64,000 nucleotides of DNA, taken from Gammaproteobacteria bacterium (lineage in GTDB: Bacteria; Pseudomonadota; Gammaproteobacteria; Arenicellales; Poriferihabitantaceae). The position numbers were made by a program, and so were the translations under genes. The DNA is taken from assembly GCA_030432755.1 (NCBI GenBank), contig JAUILZ010000001.1, forward strand, positions 203,388-267,387, given 5' to 3'. Every line of letters starts with the position of its first letter. The first letter of the stretch is position 1. The notes below the pieces were generated by a model, which did no database searches, was not told the origin of the DNA, and worked only from the letters and a program-made list of their open reading frames with translations. Shown here in pieces: positions 11,748 to 20,445 of this stretch.

Positions 11748-12632
11748 TCAGTTTCGCGGTGCAGGCGCGCGCAACGAAGTCCAGACCCCGCCAAGCACGA
11801 GCGCTACCGCCAGGAAAAACCCCCCGCCCATGTGCTCGTCGAGCAGCCATGCGGCGAGGATCACCCCGGATACCGGTTGCAGGAACTGCATCGTGCCGAG
11901 CCGCGCGATGCCGCCCCTGCCCAGCGCCCAGTACCACAGCACATAGCCACCGATGGTGACCGCGAGGGCCTGGTAGAGGAGCGCGGTCCATGCACGCGTG
12001 GATACCGCGAGCACACTCGCGTCGGGTATGAGCACCGGCGCTAGCGGCAATAGCAGGAGGGCGGTGAGACCGGCGCCCCAGAAGGTGCAGGAACTGGCGG
12101 GATAACCACGTTGCTGCAGCCTGGCCCCGGCGACGTAGCCGAGGGACGCGAACAGGTTTCCTGCCAGCACGAGCAGATCGCCCTCGAGGCTGCTCACGGC
12201 GCCGCCGCTGCCCCCGCGGCCAAGGATCAGCAGGGCCTCGCCGGTCATCGTCACGACGACTCCAAGCCACCAGGCGCGATGGGGCCAGGTCCGGTCCCAG
12301 GTATTGGCGATGGCCGCGGTGAATATCGGTAACGCGGCGAGAATGATGGAGGCGTGGTTTGCCGATGTGCGCGCCAGACCGAGGGAGAACAGCAGTGGAA
12401 AGCCGATGAATCCACAGGCCGCCGAGATCGCCAGCAGGCGGCGCTGCTCGCGGTTGCCGGGCAGGGGAAATCGGAGCAGCAGCGCGAGACCGAGCGCAGC
12501 AAGGCCACCGATCAGGGTGCGCAGCAGCGCGACGACGACGGCGTCGATTTCCATCACCGCGATTCGGGTAGCCACCGGCGAGGCACCCCAGAGGACGACC
12601 GCGAGCAGCGCGGCGAGGTAGATCGGCAGCAT
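11748..12632 (-). CDS. DMT superfamily (EamA-type) transporter
   Basis: 294 aa with about 10 hydrophobic segments and the two-EamA-repeat layout (LWGASPVATR...). Confidence 0.8.
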   Translation of the reverse strand: MLPIYLAALLAVVLWGASPVATRIAVMEIDAVVVALLRTLIGGLAALGLALLLRFPLPGNREQRRLLAISAACGFIGFPLLFSLGLARTSANHASIILAALPIFTAAIANTWDRTWPHRAWWLGVVVTMTGEALLILGRGGSGGAVSSLEGDLLVLAGNLFASLGYVAGARLQQRGYPASSCTFWGAGLTALLLLPLAPVLIPDASVLAVSTRAWTALLYQALAVTIGGYVLWYWALGRGGIARLGTMQFLQPVSGVILAAWLLDEHMGGGFFLAVALVLGGVWTSLRAPAPRN

Positions 12633-12667
12633 GGGTCGCTACTGTCGGCGGCTGCCTGTGAAGTGGC

Positions 12668-13357
12668 TCAGGCGGGTTCGACCGAGAAGGCGAGATCGGC
12701 GGGCGCCTGGCCCTCGCCGTTGACCGGGGTCAGGTCCTGGGGGCAGGCGGACATCACCGCGACGAGGTTTTCCAGCGCCAGAAACGTGACGCGGTCTCCC
12801 GGCCGGCTGAGAGGCGCCTCCCAGCGGGTGTTGCCTTCCGCGTTGACCGGGATGTTCATCCACAGGTTGAACGGCGCGGGAATCGCCGGCGCGTCGAGGC
12901 CGATGGCGCGCAACGCCATGCGCAGGTTGTCGGTGCAGTTATCATGGTAGCCGGTGACCCCGAGTTCGCGGTAGCGCGCGAGATCGCAGGCGGCGATGAC
13001 GGTGTCGTGAACCCCCGCTGAGGTGTCGGCTTCGAAGGTCAGCAATGGCCTGCGGGCATTGCTTACCAGCGTGTCTCCGACGCGTGGGAAAATAGACTGG
13101 AGCGCGGTATGGGTATGCGCCATGGAGAGATATTCGCGGATACCCGGATCGGCGAACGCCCAGAAGTCGCAGACCTGGTGACCCGACGGATTGCGCACCA
13201 CCAGGCGGTCCCCTGCGCGCAGCCGAACCGCGCGCCCGGTGCGCGCCGCGATCCGGTAATCCCGGCCGAATTCCGGCCGCCCGTCCAGCGAGATCGCGCC
13301 GTCCCGGGTGGAATTGCTGCCGTCTGGCCGCGCGGGATCGAACGGATTCTCAGCCAT
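12668..13357 (-). CDS. DUF1989 (urea-carboxylase-associated / carboxyguanidine-deiminase-like) family protein
   Basis: 229 aa. Family recognised from sequence character (HQVCDFWAF, YHDNCTDNL). It overlaps the upstream gene by 8 nt. Confidence 0.65.
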   Translation of the reverse strand: MAENPFDPARPDGSNSTRDGAISLDGRPEFGRDYRIAARTGRAVRLRAGDRLVVRNPSGHQVCDFWAFADPGIREYLSMAHTHTALQSIFPRVGDTLVSNARRPLLTFEADTSAGVHDTVIAACDLARYRELGVTGYHDNCTDNLRMALRAIGLDAPAIPAPFNLWMNIPVNAEGNTRWEAPLSRPGDRVTFLALENLVAVMSACPQDLTPVNGEGQAPADLAFSVEPA

Positions 13358-14258
13358 TGCCGCGCCGGCCCGCGGTCACCGAGGGAGGCTCGGTGTAGTA
13401 GGGAAGACTGTCGCGCCGCACCGTGCCTTCTCCCGCCTCGGAAATGCTGCGCACGTGATCGGCGATCTCGCCCAGGGTGGCGAACCACACGTCGCGGGAT
13501 TCGAGGATGCTTTCCAGCCAGGTCTCCACCTGGCGCCAGCGCGCCAGCCGGCCGGTGAGGAACGGATGCCAGATGCAATGCCAGAATCCCCCGGCCTCGT
13601 AATGCGCCTCGAATTCCTCGAAGAATGCAGCGAGGCCGCTGCTCGGGGACTTCACCGGCATCAGGTAGCCGATCTCGTCGTAGTGGGCGAAGGGTGGCCA
13701 GTCGTCCGTTCCCCAGTGGACCGGCACCTCCACCAGGCTGCCCGCGGCGGTGTCCAGCAGGTAGGGAATGTCGTCGCCCATCAGCGAACTGTCATAGGCG
13801 AAGCCGCGCTCAAGCAACAGGTCGGTAACACCCTGGGTGATGTTGTAGACCGGCGCGCGGTAGCCGCGCGGCGTGTTGCCCACCTGGCGATGGGCCGCCA
13901 GCGCGCGGTCGAACCAGTCCACCTGCTCGTCGTGGGAATGCGCGGTGGGGTCCTCGTGCAGGTAACCGTGATGTCCCACTTCGTGGCCACCCTCCAGCAT
14001 CGCCTCCACTGCACCGGGATAGCGCTCGATGCACCATCCAGGAACAAAGAAGGACTGCTTGAGGCCGAAACGCCGATAGGTCTCGAGGATGCGCGGCACC
14101 GCGACCATCGGTCCGTACTGACCCATGGATATGGGATAGAGGCGGTTGTGGCTATCCTTCGGCCTCGAGATATGGATCAGGCTGTCCGCGTCCATATCGA
14201 AGGTGATGGCGCAGGCGCAACGCGCGCCGTTAGGCCAGGGAATGGGGTACTGGATCAT
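13350..14258 (-). CDS. polysaccharide deacetylase (NodB-fold) family hydrolase
   Basis: The likely start is MIQYPIPWPNGARCACAITFDMDADS at 14258; the track ORF extends to 14318. NodB-type motifs are present: FDMDAD, HEVGHHGYLHE. Confidence 0.8.
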   Translation of the reverse strand: MIQYPIPWPNGARCACAITFDMDADSLIHISRPKDSHNRLYPISMGQYGPMVAVPRILETYRRFGLKQSFFVPGWCIERYPGAVEAMLEGGHEVGHHGYLHEDPTAHSHDEQVDWFDRALAAHRQVGNTPRGYRAPVYNITQGVTDLLLERGFAYDSSLMGDDIPYLLDTAAGSLVEVPVHWGTDDWPPFAHYDEIGYLMPVKSPSSGLAAFFEEFEAHYEAGGFWHCIWHPFLTGRLARWRQVETWLESILESRDVWFATLGEIADHVRSISEAGEGTVRRDSLPYYTEPPSVTAGRRGNG

Positions 14259-14390
14259 GGAACTCGTCCGCGGATTGTGCAAGGCAGCATGGTAGCAATG
14301 GCGCCGCTGACAATACAATGCGCGCCGCTCGTCGTGTGAACGCTTGTCCGCATTACCACTTGGTCATTCGCCACGGCTGAACTGGACAAC

Positions 14391-14405
14391 GGTCGAACCC
14401 TTGCA
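14391..14405 (+). promoter_or_regulatory. weak sigma-54-like -24/-12 element upstream of the ABC operon
   Basis: GGTCGAACCCTTGCA has the correct GG-N10-GC spacing and a perfect TTGCA -12 box. The -24 box matches only at GG. Confidence 0.25.
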
Positions 14406-14433
14406 CTATCATCCTGTCCAATAATCAATGCCG

Positions 14434-14462
14434 CCCCGATGCGCGCGTATCCCCGATGCGCG
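14434..14462 (+). repeat. 12-nt direct repeat CCCCGATGCGCG x2 (17-nt period) in the leader of the ABC operon
   Basis: Read directly: copies at 14434-14445 and 14451-14462, 52 nt upstream of the binding-protein ATG. Confidence 0.6.
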
Positions 14463-14513
14463 GAGGAGAGCGGTTTCGTCTCTCATCACCAATACCTCGA
14501 GGAATATAATCCG

Positions 14514-15734
14514 ATGAAGAAATCTCTCAGCCTGCTGGGCTGCGCGCTGGGCGCATCCCTGCTGTTTTCCCACACCGCAGCTGCCCAGGACTGCGAAACC
14601 ATTACCCTGGGTTCCGCGATATCCCTGACCGGCAAGTACGCCACCAACGGGATCCACGCGAAGAACGGTTACGAGTTCGCTATCCAGAAGATCAAGGATG
14701 CCGGCGGCGTACAGTTCGGCGACAAGTGCTACAACTTCAACGTCATCTATTACGATGACGAATCCAAGGGCGACCGCGGCGCCACCCTGGCGGAGCGCCT
14801 GATCAACCAGGACAAGGTCCAGTACATGCTTGGACCCTACTCCTCCGGTCTTACCAAGGCCATCGCGCCGGTGACGGAGAAGTACCAGATCCCCATGGTC
14901 GAGGCGGAAGGCGCATCGCGCTCGCTGTTCAACCAGGGTTACAAGTACCTGTTCGCGGTGCTCTCCACCTCGGAGCAGTATCTCGCTTCCGCGGTGACCC
15001 TCGCCGCCGAGAAGGCGGATGACCCTTCCAAGGTCAAGGTTGCGGTGGCGGTTGAGAACGATCCGTTCTCGCTCGATATCCGCGCCGGTGTGCTGGAGGA
15101 CGCTGCCAAGTTCGACATGCAGGTCGTAATTGACGAACAGCTCCCGCGTGACCTGTCCGACATGAGCGCGATCCTTACCAAGGTCAAGCTGCTGAAGCCC
15201 GACCTGCTGATCGTCAGCGGTCACTCCAAGGGCGCCGCCACCGCGGTTCGTCAGATCGGCGAGCAGAAGATCGATTCGCCAATGGTCGCGATCACGCACT
15301 GTGAGGCGGCGGACGTGGTGGGCAATTTCGGCGCCGCGGCCAATGACATCCTCTGCTCCACCCAGTGGGCGGAGACCCTGACCTACGAGGATCCGCTGTT
15401 CGGCAGCGCCGCGAACTACGAGAAGGAGTTCAAGGAAGCGTTCCCCGAGTACAAGGACAAGTCGGTTCCCTACCAGGTCGCCCAGGCTTCCGCCGCGGTG
15501 TACGTGTTCAAGGATGCCTTCGAACGTGCCGCCAGCCTGGACAAGGAGGCCGTGCGTGACGCGATCGCGGCAACCGACATGATGACCTTCTACGGTGGTA
15601 TCAAGTTTTCGGAGTTCGGCAACAACATCGCCAAGCCGATGGTGCTGCGCCAGATCCAGGACGGCGAATACAACGTGGTTGCGCCTTCCGAGTTCGCATC
15701 CCACCCGCTGAACTGGCCGCGTACCCCGCAGTAA
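14514..15734 (+). CDS. ABC transporter periplasmic binding protein (Leu/Ile/Val / amide / urea type I PBP family)
   Basis: Start at MKKSLSLLGCALGASLLFSHTAAA/QD (signal peptide). LivK-like length and motifs. The track ORF begins 75 nt earlier. Confidence 0.85.
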   Translation: MKKSLSLLGCALGASLLFSHTAAAQDCETITLGSAISLTGKYATNGIHAKNGYEFAIQKIKDAGGVQFGDKCYNFNVIYYDDESKGDRGATLAERLINQDKVQYMLGPYSSGLTKAIAPVTEKYQIPMVEAEGASRSLFNQGYKYLFAVLSTSEQYLASAVTLAAEKADDPSKVKVAVAVENDPFSLDIRAGVLEDAAKFDMQVVIDEQLPRDLSDMSAILTKVKLLKPDLLIVSGHSKGAATAVRQIGEQKIDSPMVAITHCEAADVVGNFGAAANDILCSTQWAETLTYEDPLFGSAANYEKEFKEAFPEYKDKSVPYQVAQASAAVYVFKDAFERAASLDKEAVRDAIAATDMMTFYGGIKFSEFGNNIAKPMVLRQIQDGEYNVVAPSEFASHPLNWPRTPQ

Positions 15735-15746
15735 ACCAGACCGTAG

Positions 15747-15779
15747 ACAGGGCGCCCTCCGGGGCGCCCTGTTCTTTTT
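15747..15779 (+). terminator. intrinsic terminator / intra-operon attenuator after the binding-protein gene
   Basis: ACAGGGCGCCC-TCCG-GGGCGCCCTGT followed by TCTTTTT. This is the classic arrangement that gives excess binding-protein mRNA. Confidence 0.8.
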
Positions 15780-15806
15780 ACCCCCTCCGAATTCCGTCCC
15801 GTCCCC

Positions 15807-16715
15807 ATGGACCAGTTCCTCAGCAATATCGGACTGCTGTTCGAGTTTCCGATTGTCAATCTCAAGATCATCATCGACGGACTGATGATTGGTGCCCTCT
15901 TCGCCCTGGCGGCCTATGGCCTGGCCCTGGTCTGGGGGGTGATGAACGTCAAGAATCTGGCCCAGGGTGACTTCGTCATCGCCGGCGGTTATGTCGCCTG
16001 GTACCTGTCGCGCCACGGGATGCCGCCCCTGCTGGGCGTTCCCGTTGCCTTCGTCGTGATGTGGGGCGTCGGCTGGGTGGTCTACCGGCTGGTGATCTCG
16101 CGGGTGATAGAGCGCGACCTCTTCACCTCGCTGCTGGCCACCTTCGGTCTCGCCATCATCATGGCGCAGATGCTGAACCTGCTGTTCGGTTCGGACACCC
16201 AGAGTATCCAGCTCGATTACGATACCCTGTATTTCTTTGACTTCATCGACATTCCCATCGCCAAGCTGCTGGGTGTACTTATGGCAACTGCCCTGGCCGT
16301 GGCGGTAGTGCTTTTCATGAAGAAGAGCCGCATGGGCCAGGCAATCCGTGCTACCTCCCAGGATGCGCGCGCGGCAAGGGTGCTCGGCATCGATACCGAA
16401 AAGGTCTACTCCTTTACGTTTTCCCTCAATTCCGCGATCTGCGGCGCCGCCGGGGCGATCATCGTCATGGTCTGGGTGATACAGCCGTTCTACGGCATCA
16501 CCTATTCCATCCGCTCCTTCGTGATCGTCACCGCTGCCGGCCTGGGCAACCTGCCCGGCGTGATCGCCGCCGGTCTCGGCATCGGCGTGGCCGAACAGTA
16601 CGGCGCGCATATCTTTGGTATCGGCTACCAGCAGGCCATCGCGGTACTGCTGCTGTTGCTGGTGCTGGTGTACCGCCTCGTGCAACAGCGTCGCGTGCGC
16701 CAGAGCCTGAAGTAG
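15807..16715 (+). CDS. branched-chain amino acid-type ABC permease (LivH family)
   Basis: 302 aa polytopic membrane protein with LivH-like motifs (GQAIRATSQDARAARVLGI). Confidence 0.85.
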   Translation: MDQFLSNIGLLFEFPIVNLKIIIDGLMIGALFALAAYGLALVWGVMNVKNLAQGDFVIAGGYVAWYLSRHGMPPLLGVPVAFVVMWGVGWVVYRLVISRVIERDLFTSLLATFGLAIIMAQMLNLLFGSDTQSIQLDYDTLYFFDFIDIPIAKLLGVLMATALAVAVVLFMKKSRMGQAIRATSQDARAARVLGIDTEKVYSFTFSLNSAICGAAGAIIVMVWVIQPFYGITYSIRSFVIVTAAGLGNLPGVIAAGLGIGVAEQYGAHIFGIGYQQAIAVLLLLLVLVYRLVQQRRVRQSLK

Positions 16716-16726
16716 GGGAGGCTGTC

Positions 16727-17758
16727 ATGAAGAAAACACTGTTTTACGCGGTCCTCCTGCTGATTACCATCGCCGCGCCGTACCTGTTTCCGGACTACGG
16801 CACCCAGCTCGCGACCCTGTGGCTGATGATCATCGTCGCCCTGACCTGGGACATGACCGGCGGCCAGATGGGATACAACTCCCTCGGCAACATCTTCTTC
16901 TACGGTACCGGCATGTATGTTGCCGCGCTGATTACCATCGGCATGGTGCATCCCATCGGCGAATATACGGATGCCAGCCGCTCCGAGCTGATGTTGTTCA
17001 CAGAGGGGCAATACTTCACCGGCCTGATCGTCGGCAGTCTCGGGGCTGGACTGTTCTGCGCGTTGTCGGCGGTGATCATTGGCTATATCACCTTCGGCCT
17101 GCGCGGTCCCTACTTCGCCATCGGTACGCTGGGTGTCGCCATCGCCGCGGGCGAACTGGTGTCCAACTGGGACTGGGTCGGTGGGGGGCAGGGCATACAA
17201 CTGCCGGTGTATCCAGGCGACCTCGACACCGGCAAGGTCGTGTTTTATTTCCTGTTTGCGATCACCGGTGTGGCGCTTTTCATCTTCCTCAAGTGGCTGT
17301 ACAGCACCCGCTTCGGCGCCGCCATCAATGCCATTCGCGATGACGAGGAAAAGGCCGAGGCCATGGGCATTCACACCATGCGTTACAAGCTCACGGCCTG
17401 GGCGTTGTCGGCATTCTTCGTCGGCGTTGCCGGGGGAATTTCCGCCTTCCAGCTGATCCATTTCGAACCCCTGGAAACCGCTTACCAGACCATCAACCTG
17501 GGCATTTTCATGGTGGTCTGCGTACTGCTGGGTGGCAAGGGCACGCTCTGGGGGCCGGTGGTCGGCGCGATCCTCTTCCATGTCATCAAGGAGGTCACCT
17601 GGAACTACCTGCTTGGCTGGCAATGGGTGGCGCTGGGCGCGCTCATCGTGGTCACGGTGGTCTACTTCCAGGATGGCATCATGGGCTGGCTGATGCATAA
17701 CAAGCCGGAATGGTTCGGCATGCGGGTCGAGAAGAAGGAGCAGGAGGGCACGGCATGA
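16727..17758 (+). CDS. branched-chain amino acid-type ABC permease (LivM family)
   Basis: 343 aa polytopic protein with AINAIRDDEEKAEAMGI, typical of LivM. Confidence 0.85.
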   Translation: MKKTLFYAVLLLITIAAPYLFPDYGTQLATLWLMIIVALTWDMTGGQMGYNSLGNIFFYGTGMYVAALITIGMVHPIGEYTDASRSELMLFTEGQYFTGLIVGSLGAGLFCALSAVIIGYITFGLRGPYFAIGTLGVAIAAGELVSNWDWVGGGQGIQLPVYPGDLDTGKVVFYFLFAITGVALFIFLKWLYSTRFGAAINAIRDDEEKAEAMGIHTMRYKLTAWALSAFFVGVAGGISAFQLIHFEPLETAYQTINLGIFMVVCVLLGGKGTLWGPVVGAILFHVIKEVTWNYLLGWQWVALGALIVVTVVYFQDGIMGWLMHNKPEWFGMRVEKKEQEGTA

Positions 17759-18498
17759 GCACCATCATCGACGTGCAGGACGTAACCAAGTCCTTCGGCG
17801 GCGTGCTGGCCAACTCGGATGTTTCGCTGCAGGTCGAGCGCGGTGGCATCACCGGGCTGATCGGTCCCAACGGTTCCGGCAAGACCACGCTGTTCAACTC
17901 CGTGGTCGGTTATCACCCCATCGATTCCGGCTCGATCCATTTCGAGGGCCAGGAGATTTCCAAGCTGCCGGTGCAGAAGATTGCCCGCCTGGGACTCCTG
18001 CGCACGTTCCAGCAGACCCGGATCTACGGCGCGATGAACTGTGTGGAGAACATGCTGATCTCCATGCCCCACCGGAAGATGACCTTCCTGGAGTCTTTTG
18101 GCAGGAACACGGCGGAAGACCGTGAGCGCGCGGAGATGCTGCTCGACTTCGTCGGCCTCTACGAGAAGCGCTGGCTGCGTTCGGGCTCGCTCTCCTTTGG
18201 CCAGCAGAAACTGCTCGAATTCGCCATGGCGTTGATGAACGAGCCCACGGTGCTGCTCCTCGACGAGCCCACCGCGGGCATCAACCCGACGCTCATCAAT
18301 GGCCTGATCGACCGCCTGAAGCGCGCGAACTCGGATTTTGGCATCACCCTGTTCATCATCGAGCACAACATGCGGGTGATCATGAACATGGCGGACACGA
18401 TCTACTGCCTTGCCCATGGCAAGCTGCTCGCGAAAGGGTCTCCGGATGAAATCCAGAATGACCAGCGGGTGATCGACGCCTACCTGGGCGCGCACTGA
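17755..18498 (+). CDS. ABC transporter ATP-binding protein (LivG family)
   Basis: ATGA overlap with the LivM stop. Walker A GPNGSGKTT, signature LSFGQQKLLE, Walker B LLLDEP. Confidence 0.9.
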   Translation: MSTIIDVQDVTKSFGGVLANSDVSLQVERGGITGLIGPNGSGKTTLFNSVVGYHPIDSGSIHFEGQEISKLPVQKIARLGLLRTFQQTRIYGAMNCVENMLISMPHRKMTFLESFGRNTAEDRERAEMLLDFVGLYEKRWLRSGSLSFGQQKLLEFAMALMNEPTVLLLDEPTAGINPTLINGLIDRLKRANSDFGITLFIIEHNMRVIMNMADTIYCLAHGKLLAKGSPDEIQNDQRVIDAYLGAH

Positions 18499-18523
18499 CC
18501 TCGCGCCCGACCGGAACAGAATC

Positions 18524-19390
18524 ATGACTGAGAAAAAAGGTATCCGCGGCTACGGCCAGGGCGGCGTCGACGCCGTCATTTCCGTGGACGAGGTGGCGCG
18601 CCAGGCGGCGGCCATCGCTGAGGAAATCAGCATCGAACAGCTCGATGCGCTGGCGGGCAACGACTCCTACGTAAATATCGAGAATCTCGTTGCCGGCTAC
18701 GGCAAGATGGAGATTCTCCACAACGTCAACCTGCGCGTCGGCCGCAAGCAGTCGCTTTGCCTGATCGGCCCCAATGGCGCCGGCAAGTCCACCGTTCTGC
18801 ATGCCATCTTCGGATTCAACAACATCTTCTCGGGCAAGATTACGGTGGGCCAGGGCGACAATGCCCAGGACGTCACCGCGCTGTCACCGAACGAGAAGCT
18901 GTCCCGCGCGGGCATCGCCTACATCCTGCAGGACAAATCGATCTTCCCCGGCATGACTGTGGAGGAGAACCTGTGGATGGGAGGCTTCCTCAAGGACAAG
19001 CCCGCGGAGGCGAAGCAGGCCGCGGAAATGATCTTCGACAAGTATTCGCGCCTCGCCGCGCGGCGCAAGCACCAGGCCAAGGTGCTGTCAGGCGGCGAGC
19101 GTCGCCTGCTGGAAATCTCCCGCGCGCTGGTGATGAATCCGGACGTCCTGCTGGTCGACGAACCCTCCATCGGCCTCGAGCCTCGCTTTATCGACATGGT
19201 GTTCGAGATCCTCGACGACTTGCAGAACAACGAGGGCAAGACCATCATCATGGTCGAGCAGAACGCGAAGAAGGGCCTCGAGTTCGCCGATATCGGCTAC
19301 GTCCTCGTCTCCGGCCAGGTGGCCATCGCCGGCAAGGGCTCTGACCTGCTGCAGAACCCGAAGGTGGGGGAGCTCTTCCTCGGCGGCTAG
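18524..19390 (+). CDS. ABC transporter ATP-binding protein (LivF family) with ~50-aa N-terminal extension
   Basis: Walker A GPNGAGKST, signature LSGGERRLLE, Walker B LLVDEP. There is no internal Met before the conserved NIENLVAGYG block. Confidence 0.85.
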   Translation: MTEKKGIRGYGQGGVDAVISVDEVARQAAAIAEEISIEQLDALAGNDSYVNIENLVAGYGKMEILHNVNLRVGRKQSLCLIGPNGAGKSTVLHAIFGFNNIFSGKITVGQGDNAQDVTALSPNEKLSRAGIAYILQDKSIFPGMTVEENLWMGGFLKDKPAEAKQAAEMIFDKYSRLAARRKHQAKVLSGGERRLLEISRALVMNPDVLLVDEPSIGLEPRFIDMVFEILDDLQNNEGKTIIMVEQNAKKGLEFADIGYVLVSGQVAIAGKGSDLLQNPKVGELFLGG

Positions 19391-19422
19391 CCTGTAGAGG
19401 GGCGGGTCAGACTTGGGCGCCA

Positions 19423-19442
19423 GCCCCGGTATTCGCCGGGGC
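19423..19442 (+). terminator. hairpin after the ABC operon (weak terminator candidate)
   Basis: GCCCCGG-TATTCG-CCGGGGC followed by ATGCTTTCG, a short U-tract. Confidence 0.35.
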
Positions 19443-19580
19443 ATGCTTTCGCTGGCGTCTCAATATCAAGGGTTCGTCGGGCTAATTTTCAGCGCAGCCC
19501 CGCGCTCAGCTATTCCGCGTGATGCCGTCCTCGTCCGTCCCGGCAATCTGCCTCCAGGGGCCTTGCACGACACCCGCAAA

Positions 19581-19624
19581 GCCAAAATCTCACCCGCCGC
19601 CAGGGCCTTCAGGCCGAGGCGGCG
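19581..19624 (-). terminator. intrinsic terminator candidate after sodB
   Basis: On the minus strand: CGCCGCC..GGCC-TGAA-GGCC..GGCGGCG followed by GGTGAGATTTTGGC. Confidence 0.55.
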
Positions 19625-19639
19625 AGTGTGCCGGTCCGG

Positions 19640-20218
19640 TCAGGCGAAGTTTTCTGCGGCGAAATCCCAGTTCACCAGGTTCCAGAACGCTTCCACATAC
19701 TTGGGGCGCGCATTGCGATAGTCGATGTAATAGGCGTGTTCCCAGACATCGCAGGTCAGCAATGGCACCTGGTCGCCGGTCAGCGGCGTGTCGGCATTGC
19801 TGGTGTTGACGATTTCCACCGAGCCGTCCTTGTTCTTCACCAGCCAGGTCCAGCCGGAGCCGAAGTTTGTGGCGGCGGAGGTGGAGAATTTTTCCTTGAA
19901 GTCGGCAACGCTGCCGAAGGCCTTGTTGATCGCGTCGGCCAGGGCGCCGGAGGGCTCTCCGCCGCCATCTGGGCTCAGGCAGTGCCAGTAAAAGGTGTGG
20001 TTCCAGATCTGCGCGGCATTGTTGAACAGCCCGCCCTTGGCCTTGCGGATGATGTCTTCCAGCGAGGCGTCAGCAAACTCGGTGCCTTCTATGAGCTTGT
20101 TGAGGTTGGTGACATAGGTCTGGTGATGCTTGCCGTAGTGATAGTCTAGGGTTTCGGCGGAAATATGCGGCGCCAGTGCGTCTTTTGCGTAGGGGAGTGG
20201 TGGCAGTTCATGCGCCAT
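19640..20218 (-). CDS. sodB: iron superoxide dismutase
   Basis: 192 aa from [20 protein letters not shown]. Motifs include [25 protein letters not shown] and [19 protein letters not shown]. The track ORF is over-extended by 21 codons. Confidence 0.95.
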   Translation of the reverse strand: MAHELPPLPYAKDALAPHISAETLDYHYGKHHQTYVTNLNKLIEGTEFADASLEDIIRKAKGGLFNNAAQIWNHTFYWHCLSPDGGGEPSGALADAINKAFGSVADFKEKFSTSAATNFGSGWTWLVKNKDGSVEIVNTSNADTPLTGDQVPLLTCDVWEHAYYIDYRNARPKYVEAFWNLVNWDFAAENFA

Positions 20219-20283
20219 TGCGTTCTTCTCCTTTGAAGATTGGGTGTATGGATATGATGGGGTGGATATTCGGTATCTCAACG

Positions 20284-20301
20284 ATCCGCTTTAAAGCGGA
20301 T
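20284..20301. repeat. 18-nt perfect palindrome ATCCGCTTTAAAGCGGAT
   Basis: Read directly. It lies between the sodB start and the end of the 894-aa gene. Its core CCGCTT..AAGCGG recurs at 26367-26381. Confidence 0.6.
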
Positions 20302-20445
20302 TCGTTCCCGGCGACGGTTTATCGGGTGCCTTGTTAAGCGAGAGTTGACTGAGGAACAGGCAAAAGGGAAGCATAACCAACAATCCATGGCTCGGCAACG
20401 CGTGCCCGCAGCCAGGAACCCCGAAGGGGCCTCGAAGCGCGCGGA

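Noticed and set aside
14319-14513. Possible guanidine (ykkC / mini-ykkC) riboswitch in the leader next to the DUF1989 locus
   Set aside because: The leader lacks the conserved ACGR-loop hairpins and the GGGA/ACGG blocks of those riboswitch classes. Only a 12-nt direct repeat is present.
14409-16685. 758-aa minus-strand ORF. Similar long antisense ORFs include 790-1599, 9030-10256, 10247-11359, 13308-14339, 16625-17698, 20452-21807, 38388-39347, 39557-40573, 41290-42732, 46814-48085, 48076-49461, 51041-52357, 52696-53946, 54258-55133 and 56236-56796.
   Set aside because: They lie antisense to genes with clear family motifs. Their translations are Arg/Gly/Ala/His-rich low-complexity strings without motifs. 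This is the typical stop-codon-poor antisense artefact of GC-rich DNA.
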